A stretch of DNA of 64,000 bases from Takakia lepidozioides (taxonomy: Eukaryota; Plantae; Bryophyta): NCBI GenBank assembly GCA_030704615.1, contig CM060734.1:620001-684000 (forward strand). Reading direction: 5' to 3'. The translations under genes and the position numbers were made by a program. This document shows, one piece after another, positions 47,486 to 60,417 of this stretch (the stretch's first letter is position 1; every line of letters begins with the position of its first letter). A model generated the notes under the pieces. It did no database searches. It saw only the letters and a list, made by a program, of their open reading frames with translations, and was not told where the DNA came from.

Positions 47486-48680
47486 ATAAATGGGCCTTTT
47501 ATTTTTAGAGGCACTATGGTGGCCACTTCTTAAGCCCAGGCTAGCTTGCTTGGAGGTAATTCTCAAGCTCTCAATAGTTTATTGGCTAGTAACTCTTATT
47601 CCTCCGTAGCCGCCCGCCCCTGGGGTAGAATTCCGTGCACATGTGCCCACCCGCGGGGGCTACCCCCTTGGAAGCAACGCCCAGGCTGCAGCCGCTGGCG
47701 GGGCCCACCACATCCAGCCGCCGCTTAGGATGCAGCGAACTGCTCATGTGCCCGGCACATGAGGCACAGTAATGAGAGAGAGACCAGTCTGTCAATCCGC
47801 CTTCCACACTCTTGAGAACCCACGTCTGACGACCCTCTGTCACAAACGGCAGATGCAAACTCACTGAACTCAGAGATATCTTCAGAAATATTTGATTGCG
47901 ACGGGGTAGGTCGCAAATGGAGAAGTGATATTAGTTTACATTTTGAGAGGAGGATTCGCACGGATATGTAACGTAGCTTGCTTGCAAGCACTGAATTGGT
48001 GAAGTAAGTTTTGGCATATGCTAGACTCATGGCCGGGATTGCAAGAATAAGCAATCAACGTAGGATACGGTTTCAGACGCGCAGCTATGTGATTCAGGAA
48101 AACAGATCTCTCTCTGTCGAATGAAGTTCCCATGGAGGGGGTGAGCACGACAGGGTGCTGGGGGTCGGATGAGAGAGACTGCGATCATTAGCATCAAGCT
48201 GGTTGGACATGGTGGTGTGGACACAAGTAGTGGAAGCACTTCACGGACATGGTTTCCTGCTCCACAGCAGACGTCTATGAAAGGAAACACAAAAGCCAGA
48301 GAGGGATTGCGCACCACGTGCACTTCAAGTTTCCTACTCCAGGTTTTGCAAAAACAAGTGTTCCTGACTGTGCACCACATTCGTTGACAGTAAGTGTGCT
48401 GTTCAATCGGACCTCGTCCTATTGGAGGTGTGCAGGATGCTACATCTGTGGGTAAACAGCTAATTTCCCATATCATGATATTTCAGCTGAAGGTGTTCAA
48501 GAGCTGTTGAAGAAGGGGGACGAAGTTCACGTTGAGTGAAATGCCCGAAGTGTTCCGCTCTAGGGAAGATTTTGACCATGACGACTTTGAGAAAAGAAGA
48601 TTTGCAGCTGGGGCATACCCGTATGTGCCTGGTTGGGTGATCTGCACAAGTCAGAGCCATTGCAAGTGAGTCCGGAAGAT

Positions 48681-51600
48681 ATGGCTCCCAATGCTCCAGA
48701 TGCAGACCTCCTTCCTCCACTTCGTCTTCCGGGAGAGGCTAACATGGATTTCACAGATGGAATCGCCAATGAAGAAGGCGTGCCTTTGGTTGGATCGCCC
48801 TCGCTCGATGTTCCCACACTTACGCGGCGCTTGACCCTCATCGACGGATTAAGGTTGGTTCCTCAAATTTGTTCCTTGTCTTGTCCGCTTAGCCCTTTAA
48901 GTGTACACCATAGCTTCGGTTGAAATTGAACTTGTTTTGTGAGATGAGGGAGGACCTTAAGGATGATCCGAAGGGCCTACCCTGCCCCCGGCACTAGACT
49001 GAAATTTAAACTCAGGGTGGGGGGTCTACTTTTGAACAGTAAACAGATGCAGAAAGGAAAGGGAGATTGTCAATGCCTGATGTGTGGGCGGCCTGAAGAC
49101 CATATCCGTTTTCTGATACAATGTCCGGGGTATTCCCAGCAGAGAGCAACCCTCTTGAGGACCATCAAGAACATAGTCCCTGCACCTGTTCACCAACTTT
49201 CAAAATCTCGAGGCTGAGCCTAAAGCCCTGCCCCAGTTGGGGTCTAATTGCTGGGCAGCTCACACGCAGCAGATCGATGCTTGTGTGAAAGGCTTTCTAG
49301 AGGAGATCTGGAAAGCCTGGTAATCTGATAATTTAGAGGGGAACGTGTTGGTTAAAAGTATGCATCTGCTTTGCAATGTTTTTACTTGTAGAGACGGACT
49401 GTCTTTCATGAAGCTAATGCAATGTGAACATCTGAAGACTGGAAACATAGAAGTCCCATCACAAATTTTTGGAAGTTTTATGCCTAACTTTGTTAAGAGA
49501 GAGAGAGTTTGCTGTCGTCAGCTGGATCATGGAACAGATTTTCCTTGGCAAGTGCAGTGTGCTGGTGGGAGTAATCGTAGGGAGTGGTATCTTCACATCA
49601 CCGGGTGTGGTGCTACTGTATGCGGGAAGTGTAGGCCTGGGGTTTTTGGCGTGGGTGACTGCTGGAGCTGTGGCGCTTTGTGGCTCCCTCATTTATGCAG
49701 AGCTTGGATCCGCCATACCTCTAGCTGGTGGGAATGCCGCGTATTTCGAGGTGTTTTCTGCAGCCCTTTGCATTCTAGAGCTCAATTTGAGTGATGCATT
49801 TCATTCCCTTTTTGAGTGGTTCCGTGGCCGCTTATTTCCTGCTACATCCAAATCGCAAGTGACTGCAAGGATTGTTCAATGAGTACATCTCTATCTCTCT
49901 GGATGTCTCATTCTCTCTCTTTCCAAGTTTTACGTGCTGAGAATAGCCATTGTCTGTGGGTTTCATTGATCCTTTAATCACCTCATGTCCTTTCTGCTGT
50001 AGACTGAAGATGGAGTATAATGCCTCCAGGTTAAAGCACTGTGCTGTTTCTCTCCCTATATGAACCAGAGTCTTCCATGAGAGGATAAATCTGTCATGGA
50101 CCTGTGGCGGGCATGTTCTAGCAAGCAAGGAACTATCAATGTATCCAAGCCGCCCACTCCCCACATTCCCCAGCCTGTCTGTCTAATTCCTCTCTTGTTC
50201 TCTCTCCTCCGACCCGCTTCTCTTACAATTATCTTTCAATTGCTTTGGAAAAGCTAAAATTGCATCCATTTCCATCTCCATTTGTATACTCAAATCTGTG
50301 TTGATGATAGTGGTTCGGCATTGGCAGATGGCCTTCGGTGAAGCCTGGTCGTTTGCATTCATTTGGACTATGTTCTTTGTTCTCACCAATGGGAGCTTGG
50401 CTATTGTGGTTCTCACTTGTGCTCGCTACTTTGTTGCTGGGGTATGTGCACTGCTGGAGCCCTATCTACTTTCTTCGCGGAAATGATGAAGTACTGGTTA
50501 TACTTTGTGGTGTAGCCTTGTGACCATAGACCCTATGCCCAGTTTGGATGGACATGGCAAGGGAGGTGAGGAGTGCAGTATGGGACCCATTACCATCAGA
50601 AGGAGGCTAGTGGGAGTTGATTTTGGGGCCTAGTTATTGGGCAAATCACACACAGCAGATTGATGCTTGTGTAAAGGGATTTCTAGAGGATATCTGGAAA
50701 ACTCGGATCAATTGTCTGTTCCAGGGTAAGCCATACTATTGGCGTCAGCCCCTGACAAAGGTAGTTTCTGTCCCATTGTGTTCCGCTCACACTGGGCGTG
50801 GGGTTAATGGCCACAAGGCTACAGCAGACAACGTCTTCTGATTACATGCTCATCCTCTAAAGCTCCTAGAGAAGCTAGTGTAAATTGAGCTCACAGCCTT
50901 TGCTGAACAATCCAGAGTGAAAGAGGGCCTTCACACATGTGCATGCTACACTGAAGTTCAAAGTTGTAGAAGGCATCCGAATCCTTTTTAATAAGTTAAC
51001 TGGACAGAACTGTCGATCTGGGCATGATGGTGAGGAGAGCGAGCATTAGGCACTGGCATGGGTAATCATCTGCACAAGATGCTCCTTCAAAGAGGTTCTC
51101 ATCTGAACTAGAGGCCCTCGGTCACTGCACCATTTTCACTTAGTTCGCAAAGCTCGAGACACTAAAAGATGTGGCTCTCTTTGGGTATGGATACTGGGGT
51201 AAATATTCCCACCAAATAGATGGAGATTTTCAAAGTTGGTAAACAGAGGTACAGGCACAAATCCCTTGATGGAATTGAAGTGGGCGTCTCTCTGGCGAGA
51301 GTACTCAGGACAATGAATCAGAAAATGTATATTGTCTTCAGGTTGCCCACACAACGAGCATTTGCAATCCCCTCTCTGCATCTGTTTGCTGTTCGAAGGT
51401 AGGCTGCCCTTAGTTTAAATTTCAGTCTCGTGCCAAGAGTGGGTGAACCCTTGAGGTCATCCATGATATCCTCCCCCATGTTACAGACTGGAAACAAGTT
51501 CAGGGAATTTTTTCTGCCTAACTTCATTTTCATCAGACAATTTCCTGGCGACAGACTTTAAAGGATGAGAATGAGAAATTAAGGGTCTATGTGACCAACA

Positions 51601-54600
51601 GCAAGTTCCAACTAAGAATTTCAAACCAAGCGAGGGGGAATGAAATAAGAGAGATAGAGAAAGGAATTTATTATGTTTGTGGGAGGCCAAAGGGTCTGAG
51701 ACACAGGTAGAACCATGCAAGTAGAAGAAAGGTTTCTTTTCGGGGGAGGGGGAATTTTTGCATCCTGTTTACTACATGACCTCCTGATCGGTGCACCATG
51801 ATAAGGATGATCTACTCGATGATCATTGACTCAAAGTGACCATAAGAAAACTTAAACTGCAGGAACACTGCAGTCAGCATGCATCTTACGTGTGTGAGTT
51901 GCGGGGCAGTTTGTAGAACACCATGCTGTGGACGAGGATATGGACTCATACCCTCTGGTCAAAGCAATTGCCATTGCTTGTGTGGTGGTTTTAACTCTCT
52001 GTAACTGCCTTGGTAAGTTTGTATCAGTCATTTGCAACCCTACTGACTGACTGCTCTCATTTGTCCACTGAATTTGTTTTTCAGTCTTGCAGACACAAAG
52101 TAGAAAACAGGCTTGTCTCGTGCTTGTGATTATGAAGTCCCTTTGGCAGAGGCATTAATCATATGTAGCCCTGATAGTTTTATGTCAGCAAGGTCTTCCT
52201 AGAAGGAAAACGACGTTGCAGATTCTTAGTCACAGCCCTTGGCTCCAAGAGTTGCAACTGAGTCTCTGTTTTGGCACAGGGGTGCGTGTGGGCAGTGGGT
52301 TGCAAAACCTCTTCAGTTTGGTGAAGGTTATGCTGGTAACCCTTCTGACTGTAGCAGCCGTGGTCTTCTTGTGGAGGGACACATCTGTACTGCAAACCAA
52401 CGTACATAAACCGTTTGTAGGCAGCACCTTGTCGGGCTTTGGTCCGAGCATGGTAGCGGCCCTTTGGTCCTTCTGTGGCTGGTACGTTGTTTTGCCAACC
52501 TCATCTTCCGGCCTATATATTGCACCTCTGTAGTCCCAATTGAAATTACCTACTGGTGTGAATCACTTTGTGTTACAGACATTTTCTCCCAAATCATGTA
52601 GAGAGATTGAAAGCTGTTTGTATTGCCAAAGAATCAAAATTTCCCGGTTTATTGCCCAGTTTGAAATGAGCTGCTGGCATCCACATTCGCTGGGATCTTA
52701 GAGGAGCTGACGCCTCCCCAAACTCTGAGTTCTGGTCACTTTAAGATGATACCAGCTGTCCTGTCACTCTGGTCGTCCATTTTGCGAGTTACTCTGTAAC
52801 TACACCAGTCAAGTTTTGGGGGACGGGGTGAATGAGCATTCCAATTTGTGAGAATTGTTATTCTCTCCCTCTTAACATGGGAAGGAGGAGTTATTCTGGC
52901 TTCATGTGGTAGTCAAACTTACTTGGTATGGTTCCATCGACTTTTGATGCTTGTGTGTAGGGGTGACCTTGTCTTTCTAACGGAGGAACTCAAGAATCCA
53001 AGCAAGGATATCCCTCTTGCTACTATTGGTGGTTTCTCACTTGTGGCGGTCATCTATGTGGGTCCCACTTAAACCAGACAGTTCATTTCATGAGAGGTTG
53101 ACTGACATGCAAGCTTCAAGTGAGGTAACCCAAGTTAACTTAGAAGCTGCCGATGCAACTTCCTCGAGTAGGTGTTGGTTCTGAGAACCTTCCAGAGATG
53201 ACCAAGGGCGCAAACTCCCCCTTAACTCTCAACACTGGCCTTGGTCAGTTTTTAGGCCTCCAGCAACACATGCTATTCTCACTTTGGGTGGAAAAGCATT
53301 TGTAATAAATCTTTTCTACATCAAGCTCATTTTCTCTCTCATTCTAGTTCTTTCTTACTTTATCAGCTTAGGAGGTGTGCATGTGCAGACATGAGGAGAG
53401 GCAAGGTAGGGTCAGATTGTATTAGGAGAAAGAAAGTTATTTGCTGCCAGACTTTTTTCCATGTAGCCTTGTCACATAGATCCAATACTCAGTTTCGAGT
53501 AAGAGCAGAGGGGACCAAAATGAGTATATCGGTTATTGGACCTTCATTATAGAAATTTATTCAGATGGAAGAGGGAAACTTCCTTGCAATGATTGCTGGA
53601 GGGAGGTTGGCTACAATTTTTTCCCAATGATTTTGGTTAAGTTGAAGCCCCAGTCCAAGTTGTGTGAACTCTGCTATTTAATGGGTTGTTAAGTGGCGTA
53701 TCATATCCTAAGTTCTAACTGTTGTATTCTGGTTGGATCCATTGCAGCTGATCATGAATGTGGCCTACCTCTGCATTCTACCTGCCTCAGGCAAGTGACT
53801 CCCTATGCATTTTCTAACTCTCTTTCTATGCGTCTATGTAACAACATATGTAACAGCTGCAACATATGTCCAACACCAGATATCCTAAGTTAATCGACTC
53901 TATATCTTGGAAACAGGACCGCCCTGTCAAACAGGCTAAGTCCTGGCAGAAGAGAGTAGAAGAGATTCTCAAGGACCTGGATCTGGATCCACAAGTCTTG
54001 ACCCTGCTGGATAAATCTGACTTAGAGGCTGTAGTGTCCGAAGCCATGTCTGTTGCCATGAAATTGTCTGATGAAAAGGAAGTTAGGCAGAAAACTTCCC
54101 TGAACTTGTTTCCAGTCTGTGACATGGGAGAGGACATCTTGGATGACCTCAAGGGTCTACCCACTCTCGGCACTATACTGAAATTTAAACTCAGGGCAGG
54201 AAGCCTACCTTTGAACAGCAAACAGAAGCAGAGAGGAAAGGGAGAGTGCAATTGCCCGTTGTGTGGGCAACCTGAAGACAGTATTCATTTTCTGATACAC
54301 TGTCCGGGGTTCTCTCACCAAAGAGACGCTCTCTTCAAATCTATCAAGGGAATTGTGCCTGTACCTCTGTTTACTAACTTTGAAAGTCTCGAGGCTGAGC
54401 CAAAAGCCCAGGCCCTTCTGAGGCCTAGTTTTTGGGCAAATCACACACAGCAGATTGATGCTTGTGTGAAGGGATTTCTAGAGGATATCTGGAAAACCCG
54501 GATCGATTCTATGTATCAAGGTAAGTCTTACTACCAACGTCAGCCCCTGACAGAGGTAGGTTCTGTCCCTTTGGTTTCCGCTCAAACTGGGTGTGGGGTC

Positions 54601-57600
54601 AATGGCCACAAGGCTACGGCAAACAACGTCTTATGAGTACAATCTATGCATCTATGTAACTTCTCGAATCCACTATCGAGCTACAAGTCGCACTGTGTAG
54701 TTGGTTTCCAATCCCTTAATCGTACCAGATATCCTATCAATCTACCAATCTTTCTCATTGTGGAAGTTATCATGAAGTGTATTTCTTTCTTTCTCTCATA
54801 TCTTTCCATGTTGGCGCATTCCCGAGGTGATGTAACGATTAGGACTCATTGCTTCATTGTGTGGAGCAGCATGTGTTTTTCTCAATGAACAACATATCAT
54901 TGGCATGGGTGCAAGTACTGGCCACTCATTTGTAGCCGACATTGGTGGGTGGCTCCCACAATGCCAAATGCTGACCTATGGGCGGCGGACCTTCTCACAT
55001 CCCACAAAAATGAGGAAACCTAACTTGGATCACATCAGTGTGGATGCAGAAGTCAAAACGTCAGTAGCGGTTGGCATTGATGCTACACAAGCAGCGCTGG
55101 GACCTTGGGCAGGCTCAGCCACTGCCCTGCTTGTATCCTTCTCAGTGTTGGGTGCTGCCAATGCCATCATTCTCTGTGGTGCTCGTTATCTGGTATCTGA
55201 CTCTGTGTGTCTGTCCTCGAGTCTTCCTGCATCACTTAAGTCCTAGTGCTTTTGCTTGCAATACCTGTGAAGTGTGGGATCTAATCAACAAATGGTACAA
55301 CAATTTGTTCGCTTGTTTGTTTAGTATCAGAAGAACAACTGTGTTGTGGGAAAGAGAGAGAGAGTGACAATGTAAGTGGAGGCAGTATGCAGCAGCAAGG
55401 GAGTGGCAAGTCATAAGGTGGTTGGGGCTGCTGGGACAACACAGCCGTTCTCCGTATGCTGCACTTCTTGCCCAGGTAATCTCAGTTTGTGTTCTTCAGG
55501 TCGTTATCTCCTTGCATGGAAGCAGCTACCTTGCGCGGTACGTACATCCTTGTTTACAAGTGCGCATTCATCAGCTTATCTTCAAGCCTGCTCTCACAGT
55601 TTTCAGTCTTTCTCTTTTTGTGTTGATTGTTGTACCTACCCACATGTGAGGGGGAAAGGAAGCACTCCATTGCAGCATCGATTGGCATCTTCACACTTGT
55701 TCTTGACTTCTTGTTTGTGGCAAGTGTTGCAGGGGTTGATGTGCTGTCTTCTGTTGCTTTGTTCCAGTGACCTTGTAGAGGTAGGCCCCTCCCATACGTC
55801 AGATTTATATCGAGTATTTTCTCTGACTTTCCAGCTACTCTGTTCATGTTTTCCTTTGATGATGTTGTTGGCCTGCTGCATAGTATGATGCTCTGTTATG
55901 CAGTCATTGATGTTCCAATATGATATGGTTTGGCAGCTGCTGAACTATTTTGGGGTGGCATCATTTTTATTCTACGGCCTCACTGCTGCTGCCCATATGA
56001 AAATACGTCGCGACTTCCCTGACCTGCACCGGCCCTATCATGTTACCTTCTATCCGTACGCCCCCATCATCATGATATGTTCATCTTTGTAAGTGCCTCT
56101 CTTGGCTTTTCCTTGTAGGATATGCTGGTTCTAATGTGAATTTGAGTCCTAGACCACAAAACAGTGAAAACTGAATAGAGAGATTCTTATGCTTAACCAA
56201 GAGCAGATGGGACCCAACCAACCTCTATTTGTATTTCGTAACAGCTTCTTTAGATTGTACATCTCTTTTTGTATACCTGAATAATAAATATGGACATAGA
56301 CCTAAACACTCTTAGAGCTACGAAAATAGTAAGAGGAGAGAATGTACTCATAAGACGTTGTTTGCCGTAGCCTTGTGGCCATTGACCCCGCGCCCAGTTT
56401 GAGCGGAAACCAAAGGGACAGAACCTACCTCTGTCAGGGGCTGACGTTGGTAGTAAGACTTACCTTGATACATAGAATTGATTCGGGTTTTCCAGATATC
56501 CTCTAGAAATCCCTTCACACAAGCATCAATCTGCTGTGTGTGATTTGCCCAAAAACTAGGCCTCTCTGTTTCTGTTTGCTGTTCAAAGGTAGGCTTCCTG
56601 CCCTGAGTTTAAATTTCAGTCTAGTGCCGAGAGTGGGTAGACCCTTGAGGTCATCCAAGATGTCCTCCCCCATGTCACAGACTGGAAACAAGTTCAGGGA
56701 AGTTTTCTGCCTAACGTCATTTTCATCAGACAATTTCATGGCAACAGACATGGCTTTGGACACTACAGCCTCTAAGTCAGATTTATCCATCAGGGTCAAG
56801 ACTTGCGGATCCAGATCCAGGTCCTTGAGAATCTCTTCTACTGTCTTCTGCCAGGACTTAGCCTGTTTGACAGGGCGGTCCTGTTTCCAAGATATAGAGT
56901 CGATTAACTTAGGATATCTGGTGTTGGGCATATGTTGCAGCTGACCCCACCATCTGACCTTGAATTCATCTCGTCGGGAGCTTAAGGACGGAATGCCAAA
57001 CTCACCCCGAACAGCCACATTGGCTGTTTTGGAGCATACTGACATACACTCCTTAAGCACCCCCACTTGAATGGATTCTAGAGACTTAGCCTGGTTGGAG
57101 TTATCAACCCATATAGCAGATCCGTACTCCAAGGCAGGTCTAATAACGCGACAAAGCATGGTGTCCCAAGATTAAAGAGATAGAGAGAGAGAGAGAACCT
57201 TTGTACCATCCACAGGAGGGGAAAAAGTACAACAATAATCGAAGAGGGTTGGTTCCAGAAGATCCCCTTGTCACTGTCTGAAGTTGACAAAGTGATCACT
57301 TAATGCAGTTGGAGGACCTTACGAAGTTTATAAAAGAGAAAGGTGAAGACCTGCCAAAAGATATTGATGCCGGGGAGAGTGAGGACAAGGAGGAAGGACC
57401 TGGAAGCCACATTGGCTGTTTTGGAGAATGCTGTCATACACTCCTTAAGCACCCCCACTTGAATGGATTCTAGAGACTTAGCCTGGTTGGAGTTATCAAC
57501 CCATATTGCAGATCCGTACTCCAAGGCAGGTCTAATAACGCGACAAAGCATGGTTTTCTTAACCTTAGAGTTGACCCCTCTGCAGTGGAAAAATTTAGTG

Positions 57601-60417
57601 AGCCCCAGAGCTTTGCCCTTGCCAGTTTGAACAACTTTCCGGATATGTGCATCCCAACTACAATTGGAGGAAAACTCAACACCCAGGTAAGTGTAGGAAG
57701 GGAGGACCGGGATCTCTTGGCTACCCCACTGCCACTTAAGATCACTTCCTCCCTCTCCTCTGTCGTTGAATGCTACCACTGCACATTTGCTGACGTTAGC
57801 CTCTAGCCCCCAAAGATCAAAGTATCTCTTCGCGCAATCAATCAACTCCTGGAGATTGGTTGGAGTCTCCCCTATGCCTGCGAAGTCATCCGCAAACATA
57901 AGGGCTGGTATGGTGGTATCACCCACCCTTAACCCAAATCCCTCAGTTTCCACATCCTCGAGGAGTTGATTGATGAAAACATTGAAGAGCAGAGGGGAGA
58001 GAGTACAACCTTGAGCTACACCTTGGTCTATGTCAAAGAAGTTGGACTTCTGTCCATTAACAGTGACACAGCTTTTGGTGTGAGCATACAAGTTGTGGAC
58101 AACTCTCCACATCTTTCCCTTGATCCCACAAGACCAGAGGCAGAGCCGTAGGCCATCTCTCCACACTGTGTCATACGCCTTTTTGACATCCAAGAAAAAA
58201 ACATAAGTGGGTTTCCCGCCTTTTTTCCTTCCCTGGATAATCTGGCTTAGAGTGAAGATATGATCCACACTGCCCCTGTTTTGCCGAAAGCCAGCTTGGC
58301 CTTCATGGAAACAACCTCTAGATTCCAGATCAACCTCGAGACGAGTACTTATAACTCTGCAAAATGCCTTGCCAACAGCATTGAGGAGCGTGATGCCATG
58401 GTAGTTCCCCGGTTCTTCTCTGTCACCCTTCTTGTATAGATTGACAATTACCCCCTGTCGCCAGTGAAAGGGGATCATTTCAGTCTTCCAGATAAGGTTA
58501 AAGAGGAGAACTAGGGCCTCTATCATGGGATCGCCACCGTGCTTGATAAGCTTGTTGACTATGCCATCAGGTCCACCAGCTTTATATCCGTTTAAATGTT
58601 CAATTGCTTCCACAATCTCAGAAGAACTAATGGGAGTGTTATAAGCCTTTGAAATATACTCCAGTTCATCAGGGCTGTTTTGAATCATAGGAACAGTTTT
58701 TCCAACTGTGTCCTTCCATTCATCAGAGGACCCCTCACTGTGAGACCTAGAAGTTCTGCCAAGGATACTGTAGTGAGTTTCAAAGGTTTTGACAATGTCA
58801 ACCGATGAAGTCACCACTGCACCTTTAGTAGTCTTCAGCGCTTGTGCGCTTTTCGGCCTGTACAAACGTTGAAGGGCCAACCAGAATCTCTTGTCATTAC
58901 CATCATGGTGGTTTGAGTTTATTTCACTGTATAACTTGTCCCAGTATAATTTCTTCTGAGACCTTGCAAGCTGATTGATATCTTTACGGGGCTGGTAGTA
59001 CCTCGCTCACAAATCTCTGTTGGTTTTCAGATTGCAGCACTCTTTATAGAGGGCTCGTCTCTCAGCTATCTTGAGTTTAATCTCATTGGTCCACCAATTA
59101 ACAGCTCTACCACAGACAATTAGTTTCCTCCCAATGATCTTGTCAGCCACAGAGGAGACGAAACTCTCCCAAGAGTCCACTGCTCTTTCGACTTCATTTC
59201 TTGCGTTGTCAGAGCGAGACTAAGTTCTTGGAGCGAGTGGACAAAATGAGGGAGCGCCTCTTGCAAGGCCTGGACATACTCAGCCTTGACCTCTTCATTA
59301 TGGAATTTTTCTATGCGCCACTTCCGAATCAAACGTTTCACTGATGTCTTGGTGTTGGGAAAACACCTTTTGATCTCAGTCCAAACCAGAAAGTGGTCAG
59401 AGGTACCAATATCAGTTCTGTCGATCAACACATTGGCACACTGGGGAAACAAATTTTTGTCCATTATGATATAGTCCACAATGGAACGTGCCCCAGTTTG
59501 GGTTTTCTCACGAGTCCGCTGCACTTGGTCACCAGGTAAAAAGCTGAAGCTCTTCCAGACAGTTAATTAACCGTCTGCCATTAGAATTCAGCTCGTCCTC
59601 CAAAAGGCCCAATGATATCATCCTGATGGAGACCTTTCCCCACCCGGGCATTGAAGTCACCCAATAGAACTACCTGACCTTTGGCAAGGAACGAAGCACA
59701 GTCCAGCTTTACATCTTCGAAGGCTTTGTCTGCGTCAACACTAAGGGTCCCCTCTGTGGGCATGTATACACAACCCACAAAGAGGTCCTTCGTATTCACG
59801 CCCTTCAGTTTCAGTTTTAGCCAGATACTATGATCATACCTCAAACCCTTGGTGATAATTTCACAATTATCAAACAAGAAATCGTGGACAAAGATCCAAC
59901 CCCTTTTTGGCCGCGTTTGGCAGAGGCTGCCTTGAGAGTACACATCTTACCCGTCCACTTATACCCATTGACATCTCCAACCAATTTATCCGGTGTTTCC
60001 CACGTCTCTTGACCAGCACAAATATGAATGTCATTGGCCTGAAGAACTTGTCCCACTTCGAATTGTTTCCTTTGGTTAGTAAGAGGAGAGAGGCATACTC
60101 CTAGCTGTTACTTGCCATAGCCTTGTGGCCACAAACTGGCAGTTGTGCTGCAAGCCTCATTTCTCTGTTTCTCAACTCCTCTCTAGAAATCCCACAGGCA
60201 CATACGAATATAGGAATTCTAGTGCTTCACCAGTGAGTGAAGGTGATGGCATGGTTGTGTGGGAAATTAACACGTGTTGTTGGACTGAGGCAGGTACCTG
60301 GTGGTGACGACGTTCTTGGCAAGTCCTATTCCAACAAGTCTATCTATGGCTTTTGTCGCCCTCTCCTTTCCATTCTACTTTCTATTTGTACGCTCTTCAG
60401 GCACTAGAATACCTTAA
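48681..60417 (+). CDS. APC-superfamily L-type amino acid transporter (SLC7 LAT/SteT-like), 12 exons, 493 aa, apparently intact
   Basis: Exons 48681-48853, 49558-49750, 50328-50441, 51910-52012, 52280-52481, 52961-53057, 53748-53790 (GC donor), 55050-55192, 55386-55475, 55733-55780, 55937-56088 and 60294-60417; all phases consistent (1482 nt). Motifs VGVIVGSGIFTSP, YAELGSAIPLAGG, ALWSFCGW, EELKNPSKDIP, NVAY, GARYLYAAARE and RPYHV. Confidence 0.92.
48925..49350 (+). mobile_element. Diverged LINE 3' fragment in transporter intron 1
   Basis: GTRLKFKLR..CLMCGRPEDHIRFLIQCP, homologous to 53866-54636. Confidence 0.85.
50617..50845 (+). mobile_element. LINE 3' end in transporter intron 3
   Basis: WANHTQQIDACVKGFLEDIWKTR..GVNGHKATA. 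Confidence 0.88.
51215..51560 (-). mobile_element. Antisense LINE fragment in transporter intron 3
   Basis: LNLFPVCNMGEDIMDDLKG..CSLCGQPEDNIHFLIHCP. Confidence 0.88.
53843..54642 (+). mobile_element. 5'-truncated LINE with TSD in transporter intron 7
   Basis: ORF2 C-terminus with zinc motif CPLCGQPEDSIHFLIHC; TSD TCTATGC(G/A)TCTATGTAAC at 53825-53842 and 54643-54660. Confidence 0.92.
56342..60076 (-). mobile_element. Long LINE copy (APE endonuclease plus RT; RTE/RTEX-like, clade uncertain) in transporter intron 11
   Basis: APE VLLGDFNARVG, VDYII, SDHFLV; RT QAGFR, FLDVKKAYDTV, GVAQGCTLSPLLF, MFADD; 15-bp TSD TAGTAAGAGGAGAGA at 56327-56341 and 60077-60091; internal duplication 57016-57162/57413-57553. 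Confidence 0.95.

Noticed and set aside
47586-48720. Minus-strand ORFs upstream of the transporter
   Set aside because: No recognisable motifs; probably antisense to the promoter/5' UTR.
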